Below, piece after piece: positions 51,358 to 61,800 of a DNA stretch of 64,000 nucleotides (the first letter of the stretch is position 1; each line of letters begins with the position of its first letter). The DNA is taken from contig JBHGNT010000008.1 in assembly GCA_043228905.1 (NCBI GenBank), positions 930,001 to 994,000 on the forward strand, in the 5' to 3' direction. Position numbers and translations under genes: made by a program. The notes under the pieces are model-generated. The model had not been told where the DNA came from and searched no databases. It saw only the letters and a program-made list of their open reading frames with translations. The DNA is from Azolla caroliniana (lineage: Eukaryota; Plantae; Polypodiophyta).

Positions 51358-51540
51358 GAACAAATCGGCAACGGTTCGGTTCGATTTTTCCTAAAATGTG
51401 AGAATTAGGCTTAAAAATGAAAAGGTTGTTTAAAAAATAATAATCAAATGGTTAAAAAAACTTGAACCTGAATTGAACCCAACCGTTTAAATTGTTAAGC
51501 CACGGTTTCGCGGTTCGGTTTGAACCGAACTCGATCGATA
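51358..51540. mobile_element. Partial copy of the same MITE family
   Basis: Starts AATCGGCAACGGTTCGGTTCG and has AACCG/CGGTT repeats; second TIR and TSD not found. Confidence 0.55.
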
Positions 51541-52133
51541 CCACATTATCAAGCAAAAAGAATGGGCCAATTAAGTCAGTTTGCATAAAGATTCTTGTCT
51601 TTCACATAAGAGGAGGAGACTAATGTTTTCCTAATAATTATCAAAAGTAGTTTAGTTTTTTGTTTTTTTTCTTAGAATTAGAATTAGAATTAGGGGGGGC
51701 ATCAGAAGATTTGTTGACTTGAGTAAGAATGTTTATTATTAAATGTCAGTTTCCATGGATTGATGTGATGGCATGTAGGTTCGGACCAATTGCGAAAAGC
51801 AACGAGTTAATTAATATTAGTTTATTTGATCCGATCCTTAATCATCTCCTCTAACTGCGAGAGAGACCAGTCACGCTGCATAACTGATGATATCAAGAAA
51901 TTGCGCGGACAAATTGGTATAAAAAAGGAGCCGCAATGTGCAGGCAAGACAACATTTGTCAGAATCCATCTTTAGCTATTTAATATCCTTTATATCTTTC
52001 TGAGGGCTTCAATCACATCTAATTGAGGTTTCTCAACATCTAGAGCTGAATTAATCCATCCGATTTTTAAACATTAACTAGCCACGCCGGTTCAATCCCA
52101 TTCAATTGCATAAATTCTGAAATTATTAGTGAC

Positions 52134-54615
52134 ATGGACGACATGATTCAGATTATTAAGAAGAAGACAGCTACTTTTAATTCTCATTCTAATTCTAGTT
52201 TGAAAGAAACAAATTATTACAACCCATTCTTCTTCTTGTCCTTCTTGCTTATCTTTGTGGATCTTGCGACAGCTTCCTCATCCGGAACTACTTACAACAG
52301 GTAAATTCTCAATATAATTAGGTCACAGGGATCATCCAATTTCCTGATCGTTGTCAGGAAGAAAGATTACCACTCATGCATATATATATATATATATATA
52401 CGTTGTGAATGTTGCAATTACATTGCTAATAGAACTAAGATACGCAGAATCTTTTCTCAATTTACAAACACACAATTTAAAACCTAGAGATACAAAAATA
52501 CAGGCGAGGTCATATCCAGAATTACATTAATTTAAAGGAATTCATGTAATTCTGGATCGATATGATCTCTGTATTTTGTATCTCTTGTTGTTAATTAAGT
52601 ACGACATCAACAGATCAACATTACAGCATATAAGATACAAGTTAAATGTGGTCTCATGAAAAATTCCTTCTACCAAATGATTCCGTCATTATAGATCCAC
52701 AAACTTACATATTACAATCCATGGCAAGTTGGAAAATCAAATCTGACAAACAAAAAGACATTCTTCTGAATCATGCTCCTACAGACCTAATGATTGACAA
52801 TTGATATTAAGCTCCCTTTTTTTCAAACCCTATTAACCCTACTTTTTTGAAAAATCCAATACCTGTTGTGGATTGCATGGCTAGGAGGCAAAGTAGGTTA
52901 ACACATCAGCCTCATTACAAATTGGTTTTTTGTCTTGATCCAATTGAACAATTCCAGATTAGTACAACCCATAAGGTTGATTCACATCTTGTGCTCAGGC
53001 CACTTTAACATACATGATCTTGCACCTTTTTCACACACAACTAGATTGTTAATGGAATGACATAACACAACCCTAGGTACTATTGGCATGACATAACACA
53101 CCTAGGTACTACTGGCATGAGATGACACTACGGATAGTATCGGACGGACATCTCGCCATATGGTTCCCAAGTCTTTTAGAGGGGTGGAGCTATAATGACA
53201 GGGAGGGAGATGTGAGTTTGATTGATACACCAATGTGGCAAAGTAGTTGAGCTAGGTAGGGTAGAAAAGAAAGAGAGAGATTTAACAACAATAAGCTCAT
53301 TATTCCCGTGGCGAGCAGCATAGATGAGTGTTGGAGACGCGACGACAATTGGGCGCAACATCGCATGGCGCTAGCGGATTGCGCCATCGGGTTCGGTAGC
53401 GGAACCACGGGCGGGAAGGGCGGCCAATTCTATATTGTCACGGACAATGGCGACGACCCAGAGACCCCGAAGCCCGGGACATTGCGGTATGGTGTGATCC
53501 AAGAGGAGCCCCTTTGGATATTCTTCGCGCACGACATGGTCATCACGCTCCGGAACGAGCTCCTTGTGACCGATGACAAGACCCTCGATGGCCGCGGGGC
53601 CAAGGTGCATATAGCCTATGGGCCTTGCCTCACTTTGCAATACGTGAGCAACGTAATCGTGCATGGATTGCACATCCACGATTGTCAGCCTGGGTCCCCT
53701 GGCCTCGTGCGTAGCTCCACTTCTCACATCGGCTACCGTGCTGGCTCAGATGGTGATGCCATAAGTGTCTTCGGGTCGCAACACATTTGGATTGACCACA
53801 ACTCCCTCGCCTCGTGTGCTGATGGCCTCATCGATGTCATCCATGCCTCGTCCCTCGTCACAATATCCAATAACCACTTCTCGAACCACGACAAGGTCAT
53901 GCTCCTAGGCCATAGTGACATCTACTCCGCCGATACCACAATGCGGGTCACCGTCGCCTTCAACCACTTCGGTCCGGGGCTAGTCCAACGTATGCCTAGG
54001 TGAGAGTAATTTGGTTGTACATGTTTATAGTAATTTAGTTTTAGGTTTCTTTAACACCTCTAATACTAGTACTACCTACATGTCATGAAATGAACCCATT
54101 TGATTTTATCATGTAGGTGTCGTTTCGGATACTTTCACGTCGTCAATAATGATTATTACGATGGATGGGGACAATATGCAATCGGAGGAAGTGCCTCTCC
54201 CACCATCATTAGCCAAGGCAACAGATTTCGTCCCTCTTCCGGCAACGTTAAGGAGGTGATCCACATAATTTCAATTCATAAATTCTTACATGCAACACAT
54301 GTTTTAATGTTGACACTCACTAGACTAAGTATGGTTCTACAAATGGACCTATGATGAGAGATCACTCAATCCTATTCATTATTTGTATAGGTGACCAAAC
54401 GTGAGGCGGCTTCGGACACAACATGGAAAAATTGGAGGTGGAGATCCGTTGAGGATACATTTGTTGAGGGGGCATACTTCGTGCAATCGGGTCCTAGTGT
54501 TGACACATCTGACAAGCTTTACAGTACTGCATTAGTACAATATTCTGGGACGTTCTCCCCATATATGACTGCTTTTGCTGGAGCACTCTCATGTTCGACT
54601 ACATCTGCTTGTTAA
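52134..54615 (+). CDS. Pectate lyase (polysaccharide lyase family 1)
   Basis: Probable first exon 52134-52300 with a hydrophobic segment, then ~53265-53999, 54117-54255 and 54391-54615. Motifs [85 protein letters not shown]. The exon 2 acceptor is uncertain. Confidence 0.93.
52486..52585. repeat. ~100 nt inverted repeat (hairpin) in pectate lyase intron 1
   Basis: AGAGATACAAAAATACAG...ATCCAGAATTACAT pairs with ATGTAATTCTGGAT...CTGTATTTTGTATCTCT. Confidence 0.85.
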
Positions 54616-55944
54616 GCCCCACCTAGTTGTTTGTTATATATATTTTCCATGGGCACATCTAGTGCTCGTAGAAGTGGTGTTGGGCTTCCACCCTCTACAT
54701 GAACTCATTGTAAACTCTCATGATTGATTTTCAAACATTGGTGTGAAAGATATTGACACGTATTCTTGGATTAATTTGCAAGTGCCGAACCACGAATGAT
54801 CATATTGTGTTATTGCCAAGTTGTGCTAAGTTCTAACCCATATTTCTGTGTTCTTATAATAATGCAAATATGTCACCATAACATCAATTCAAGCAAAGTA
54901 AGGATAATGATTCCCTTCTTTAAAACTTTTGTGAAGTTGTTACCATTGATATTAAACTCAAACTCAATTGGCTTTTTTCATAATGCAAAGGAGTACCGAG
55001 CTTTCCACATTATAAGTTCTGTTCAATATCTCCATTGAGCAACATAATATTTAATGCTATTTTAATAACACTATGTATATACGTATTACTACATATTATG
55101 AATCGTCTACTGTACAAAGTTATAACTTCTTACATGTTTGTGTTGGCATTGTGCAACCATGTAATGCACAACACTCTTAAACATTTTGGATACCAACATA
55201 TCTCTTTTTACAAATTGTTGATCTTTTGATCAACACCGTTTAATTGAAAATCATATAGAAAATTTAAATATGCTTGAAAAATAAGGCCAGGGTATTGGTT
55301 AGGCAATGATGGAGCTTGGTCATGGTTGCATTAAATGTTTCCATGAAGTTCATTTCTTGTGAGAAGAACTATCCATATATATGATTATTTAACTTGGATA
55401 CAAATTTCGATGTCCTCAAATAGTTGGTGTAGCCTAGGCACCATGTAGAGCCACCTCGCCGACATAGGCCGAATCGTCATATGTCTGAATGAGCTTCATC
55501 CTAGTCTACTCAAGATGACGTCCTTGCACCCAATCTTGTTCCTGCTATGCCATGAAGTGAGCTATAAGGGAATGCTAGGTTCTTTGGGATGATTTTAGTT
55601 CCCTCTTTGTTGAAAATGCTCCAAATTAGTTCAACTATACTTTAGTGCTATCATTTCCCATACACTGTTCCAGAGTTTCCTTCGTAGCTCATTGGCCATG
55701 TCAAAATTGAGGCAACATTTGCCTACTCTTTGTATGTGAGCTCACTTACTTAAATGATATTGTGCCTCATAGCTCCTTAGCTTGTCTCCTAAAGCCAATT
55801 CTCTTGCCCTAAGTACTCTTTCAATGGTCATCTATTTATTCATCACCTATAGGGTTGTACATTATTGTTGCATGTTGGTGTGGTTTAGTAATTTAATCCC
55901 AATTATAAAGGGGTTTTATGTAATCCGATCAATGATGATTGATT

Positions 55945-56252
55945 TGTTTTTTCCAGAAAAAGATATCCATTCATTAGTTTAAACAATTTACAAAGTTTTC
56001 ATTCCTATTTGGTCGGTGGAGGAAAAAACCATTTTGGTGGATGAAAGTGCCAAAAAGGACTGCCATTCTTCGAGGCCATAAGTGGAGTAGTTGTCCACAA
56101 CGTAGGAAACTGATGGCGCTGAGCACCTTTATCGTTAGAATCTCCAACAATACAATCCCCTTGACCCTTCAAATTATGAACCATGTCCAACCAAATACTT
56201 TTTACCAATTCAGTAAATTTAAGAATATCAAAATGGCATTCTCATCTTACAA
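55945..56252 (-). mobile_element. LINE 3' end remnant
   Basis: ORF2 terminus IWLDMVHNLKGQ...WHFHPPKWFFPPP*, then AACTAATGAA...TTTTCTGG+A-tail. Similarity stops abruptly at ~56252. Confidence 0.75.
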
Positions 56253-56289
56253 GGATGTCGCGAAAATCAGGGTGCAACAACAGGTGTGT

Positions 56290-56560
56290 TTCTGATTATT
56301 AAAAATTCTGATTAGGATTGCTTTCATACATATTTCAGATTAGGGTTTTTGATTCCTTTAAATAGTTGATTTTTGATTAGGGTTTCTCATTAAGGTTTCA
56401 GATTTCTGATTACGGTTGAAAATTTCTGATTTAGGGTTGAAATTTTGCACCAATACACATTTTTTATTACAATGGTTGTTTGTCTGCAAATTTCCCCCAA
56501 ACTTGATTTAGGATTTTGATGGATGTGTTTGATTTTTTATTTTTGATTCTTCCCTACTAA
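56290..56560. repeat. Cluster of degenerate TGATTAGGGTTT (telobox-like) motifs
   Basis: Variants at ~56309, 56337, 56374, 56408, 56428 and 56504. Confidence 0.65.
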
Positions 56561-57145
56561 TTATGATTCTAAATACACATGTCCTAGCAGAGCAAAGGTA
56601 ACATGTATTGATTTTTGATTTCAGGTGGCTCGTTCCTCCATATCCTAGGGCGTTGAACTTTGCCAAGTTTTGTGAGACAAAGGAGAAAACACGTTCATGT
56701 TCACAAGTGGAAGGATCGCGCATTCCACTTGTAGAATCTTCTTGAAACTATCCAAATATACCCTCTCTACAAAAATTGGATGCACTAGTATCACATGGTC
56801 CACAACTTGATTAGAATTTGCAAATATAAAAATACATGATAGGTCTACTATGGACAGTCATAACACCAATTCTACGACCATGTTATGTTAAGGTAATGTT
56901 TGACCAAAATCAGCCTCAATTTAAACTAATTCATGTTTCTCCATAAATTTGGTAGTCAGCAATGCACGCGGTGAAACCAATGTCATAAGTCTACTAACCA
57001 AGTATATAAAAATAAAATTGAAACATATAGAAGATTATAAAGAATAGAATCCACCAAGTAAAACCCAAAATTTGTATTAATAATGTGAATACCAAACAAT
57101 ACATTTCGCGTTTTGAAAAGAGTCTATTACATAGCAAGCAAATCG

Positions 57146-58501
57146 TCAAATGTCATTTTCTTCGTCATCTTGTATATAACTCTCTTCGGCTATACGTGCA
57201 TTGGCTTCCCCTTTTAGCCGAGCCAACGAAATATCTTCTATAAGCTTATCATCAAGCTCTATTAGCTCCCCCGGTTCCCCAGCTAATGGAGGAATAGGCT
57301 CTTGTGAAGCAGGTTGAAACCTTTCGGTATCAGCGAGGTTATTTGCACCGACCTCCTCGTCTTGGTCTGGGCACTCCCACATAGCCTTAATCCTCATGTT
57401 TATAAATATAACTTGCTCCTCGTCCTTCTCTAATGCAACTGTGTTTCTAAAGAGCTTCAATGCACATGCAGACTTTGACCCTGTGAAGAAAGTAACAAGA
57501 AGAATTAGTTCTCAAACAAAAAGATTCAGTATTGGTTATCTCAACATCGTTAACCTAGTTCGAGGAATACCTGTGCTAGAAAAGAGGTCTAATATCCAAT
57601 CTCCTTCTACAGAAAACATCTCGATCAAGGGCATCATAAGTCGTTGAGGTTTTTGGTATGGGTTGACAAGTCCCCGTTCTGTCGTGGTGACATGTCACAA
57701 TTTCTGTGTCACTACTGGATATACCAGCAGATTTGAACCTCCCACTTCATTAGAATGCTCCTTGATTCTTTGTTTCTTAATTTCATCGAATTACCCAACC
57801 GTAATGTATTCAATGGCATTTACGAACTGAAAGGTTGGCCCTCTATTTACATTGGTTTTTATCCTATAACAAATATTACATCGAGTTAAGAATAGATTGA
57901 ACAATCTTAAGAAAGACAATATAGTGAATGAGACATATAAATAATCCTTACCATGCAAGGTTCTCGATGCCATGGCAACGAGATCTCAAAGCTTGAGCTA
58001 CCGAGTACCCTTGGTCCATACTATGAAAGACAACTATTCTCCACAAGGATGTAGTCGTTAGCTCAGCAAAATCCTTGACCATCTTCTCTAACAGTTTAAA
58101 CCTAAATGGTTCATCATCGTATGATGACCTTGCCATTCGAAATCCGTATGGAATATCCGCAATCATTAGCGTATATTCCTTCTTTGGCACTTTTTGGATC
58201 ATGTCAACGACATCGCCGCAAACCACGTTGTAGTAAAGATCTCTCGTAATATCCTTTTTGTGGCTAAATTTTTTGAAGGAGCCATCTTCCTCAGTTTCGT
58301 ATGCCTTGACTAAGAGACAATCCTTTTCTTTTCTGGCTCTCTCGAGATGTGCAAGGAAGGATGTTGGGAAATCGTGTATATCCTTAACTTCTCCTTGTTT
58401 CTTGCCACGACACGGTTTCTAATAGAAGCAATAAGATATCAAGTATTATTACACAACCTCTATATATGAGGAAAGCTTAATGAAAAACCACCAATACTAA
58501 C
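57146..58501 (-). pseudogene. Intron-containing beta-class amino-DNA methyltransferase (N6_N4_Mtase-like), 3' part, with two in-frame stops
   Basis: Intron 58501-58419; exon 58418-57952 (...VVCGDVVDMI...LMIADIPYG...ENLAW); intron 57951-57864; exon 57863-57571 (IKTN...AIEYITVG*F...QKL*H...VNPYQKPQRLMMPLIEMFSVEGDWILDLFSSTG); intron 57570-57481; exon 57480-57146 (SKSACALKLFRNTVALEKDEEQVIFINMRI plus acidic tail). All junctions are GT-AG and in phase. Confidence 0.85.
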
Positions 58502-58502
58502 C

Positions 58503-58899
58503 TGTTAAAGATTGCTTGCGGAAGCGTTAGAAAGAACAATACACAAAGAGAGAGAAAGAGTACGCGGGAGAGAGAGAGAGAGAGAGAGAGAGAGCAGGAC
58601 ACACTATTCTTCAAAATTATATGAATACTTTGTGCTTTGTATCTACAACGCGCTCATCAACGCTATTTATACAAGTCCACACGGGATTGTTAGAAGTACG
58701 GTGTACTTCAATGCTCACATGAGCATCTGACACTAACTACGAGACTATAATTGCCTAGTAGTCTAACCTATACTAGGTTTTTGGTTATGGATTGGATCCG
58801 GCATACCGGCTCCCCAGCTCACCGGCATACCGAATGATCTCGCGTACCAGCTCAGGCTTATTCAGCCGATCCGGCTCCGGTTGAGCTTGCCGCTCAACA
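58503..58899 (-). repeat. 3' LTR of Copia element B
   Basis: TGTTAAAG...GCGGAAGC...GAGCTTGCCGCTCAACA followed by CTCCCCCTCAA; contains an (AG)n run. Confidence 0.93.
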
Positions 58900-61800
58900 C
58901 TCCCCCTCAAGCTCAACCTGAGGTAGGGTCGTAATGTCAACCTCTGTGGCAGCCGGTTCTTCCAACCAACTTCTCTTGGCGTCACTTCGCCTTGCTCGCG
59001 CTCCTTGTCCGGTCCGGTCCCGTTTGCCGCGACCCCTTTGGTTCTGCGCGCCTCGACCTTCGGCATGTCTGCTCAATAGGCCCATCTCAGCTCCTTTGCT
59101 GCTATGACTCCGGCGCTTGCCGATCCGTCGGTTCCTCCACGATGGCATCGACTTCCGCTGTGTCCGTGTCTCCTTGGCCTCTCGTTGATCCGACTCATCC
59201 GGATCTGTTTGTTGATCCGAATCGGCTGTCTCCGACTCGTTCCAACTCTTGTCCGAATCGGTATCCTCCGATTCGATTTTCGGCTTCAGGCCTCTCACCA
59301 CATCAGACCACGTTTGGGTCTTGGCCTTCTCCGTGCTTCCCTTGGCTTCTTCAGCCGGTTCACCGAAGTCGAATTCTTCATTCGACTCCGCATCATGGCC
59401 ATTACGATCGTGATGACCTCCGCATAGCATGCACTTCTCTTCCTGAGTGTACACTTCTTCTTCACAGCCGCTCACTCCGACCTCCTTTGTCGACTCGGCT
59501 TCATTTTTCTTCTTGTCTCCACCTCTACCGGTTCTTCTCTTACCTACGGGTTCAACAATTTTTTTTCCTTTACCTGTTTCATTAGTGTCTTTGCCCTTGT
59601 GTCCCCCCCTCAAGTGCGGCACGTCGAGATGCTAAACACCAAGCATTTCGGTAAAGTGCTGCAACTTGTCCGACCCGAGCAGCTTGGTGAAGATGTCGGC
59701 AACTTGCCGATCCGTGTGAACATACCGTAGTTCAACTTCACCGCTTAGGACCCGCTCACACACAAAGTGATAATGCACTTCTATGTGCTTTGTGCGAGCA
59801 TGGAACACAGGGTTCTTAGCGAGCTGCATGCTGCTGAGGTTATCGCAGTAGATCAGGATCGGGGTCGGTACCTCGATCCGCAGGTCTTGAAGTAGTCGCC
59901 GAAGCCAAATGGCTTCGCAGGTGGCAACGGTCGCGCCCCGGTATTCAGCCTCGGTGTTGGATAGAACCACTGTTGGCTGCTTTTTGCTGCTCCACGCAAC
60001 AACCGCGCTCCCAAGAGAAAACATAAAGCCGGAAGTTGAGCGACGATCCGTTGCATCGCCTGCCCAGTCGGCATCCGTGTAGCTGACAAGCTCTTTGGTT
60101 ATACCTTGCCGGTATAAGAGCGCCCGGTCCTTAATGCCACTTACATACCTCAGTATTCGTTGCGCGCACTGAAGGTGCTCCACGGTCGGCTTATGCATGA
60201 ATTGGCTTACCACTCCGACCGGATAGCTAATGTCGGGTCGGGTGATAGTCAAGTAGATCAAGCTTCCGACTATTTGTCGGAACCGTTTCTCATCGCAGGC
60301 TGGTCCGGAGTAGGGACAGATCTTCTGATTCCGGTCCAGGGGTGTGGAGACAAGTCGGCATTCCGTCATGCCGAACTTGTACAGTATATTCAACACATAA
60401 TGGTGTTGAGAAAGCAATATGCCGTCGGGGGTGCGGATCACCTCGATCCCTGAAAAATAATGAAGGTCCCCCAAGTCCTTCATATCTAATGCGTCCGACA
60501 ACTGGGACTTGACGCGGTTGATTTCCGGAAGACCTAGGCCGGTGATGACTAAATCATTAACATAGAGCAAGATACATACCGGACCGTTTGAGCCTTGACG
60601 GATGAATAGGGAAGAATCCGACTTAGAGGCAACAAACCCCATCTTTCGCAACTGGTGCGTGATCTTAGCATTCCAAGCAAGGGGGGCTTGCTTCAAGCCG
60701 TACAACGACTTCCTCAGCCGGCATACCGCCAACTTGTTCACCTCCGACTGAAATCCGGGGGGCTGAGTCATAAAGACTTCTTCTTCAAGATCTCCTTGAA
60801 GGAAGGCATTCTTCACATCCATCTGATGAAGATACCACCCCCTTGCCGCAGCAACCGCCAGTACCACACGAACCGTCGTCATCTTCGCTACAGGAGCGAA
60901 GGTCTCATCGTAGTCGATTCCGTGGGTCTGCGCATATCCCTTCGCCACTAATCGGGCCTTGTACCGGTTAACTGTACCGTCAGCATTGTACTTTACCTTG
61001 TACACCCTTTTTGCATCCGATCGGTTTACAGTGACGGGGAGGGTCAACCAGGTCCCAAGTTCCGTTGGCATCCAGTGCCCGTATTTCTTCCGCCATAGCG
61101 GCACGCCAATTTGCGTCCTTTGCCGCTTCTGCGTAGCTCTCCGGCTCACGCACTTCCGCGACCTTGGTTATGTACGCATAATGATGTGCCATGTACTCGT
61201 TATACCTGTACCATTTAACGGGATCCTTTTGGCGGGTGAACCGACGTAACTCACCGTTACCCGGTATGAGACCCTTCTTGGCCGGTTCGGTCTTCGTTCT
61301 CGAAGATCTGCCTATGTCCTTGCTGAAGTCAGATACGCACCGATCCGACTCATCATTGCCGGTCTCGAATTCCGACATCTTCTGCTTCCCTTTCTCTTTG
61401 CGTGTGAACTGTCTCCTCGGTTCCTTGCGCGGGGAGAGCACGACAGAGTCTCCACTACTTGCCATCTCATCATCCGATTGGTTGGACTGATCTAGTCTCT
61501 CATTCGATCCGCTTAACCAGAACGATTCTGGACTCTCATCTTGAGTCCCGGCTTCATCTTTCTCTACTTGGGCCGGTTCAGGCTCACTAGCCCCATCCTC
61601 CGACATCGGGTCGAGATTGGAAGTCGGAGTTGGTAAGGAATACCACGATGCCGATTTATCAAACTCGACATCTCGGCTGACTCGGACCTGCTTCGTCCGG
61701 GGGTTATAACACTTATACCCCTTTTGCTCTTGAGCATAGCCGACTAGGATGCATTTTTCCGATTTTGCATCCAGCTTTCTCCGCTTCTCATTCGGCACAT

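Noticed and set aside
56290-56560. Interstitial telomere array
   Set aside because: The motifs are dispersed and degenerate, not tandem TTTAGGG.
57146-58418. Bacterial contamination as the source of the methyltransferase
   Set aside because: Phase-consistent spliceosomal introns, a plant Copia insertion and continuity with plant genes argue for a genuine nuclear locus.
59632-59634. Programmed stop-codon read-through into an env-like ORF
   Set aside because: Context TAG CAT CTC is not the CARYYA leaky motif, the sister element has CAG, and the downstream ORF has no transmembrane segment.
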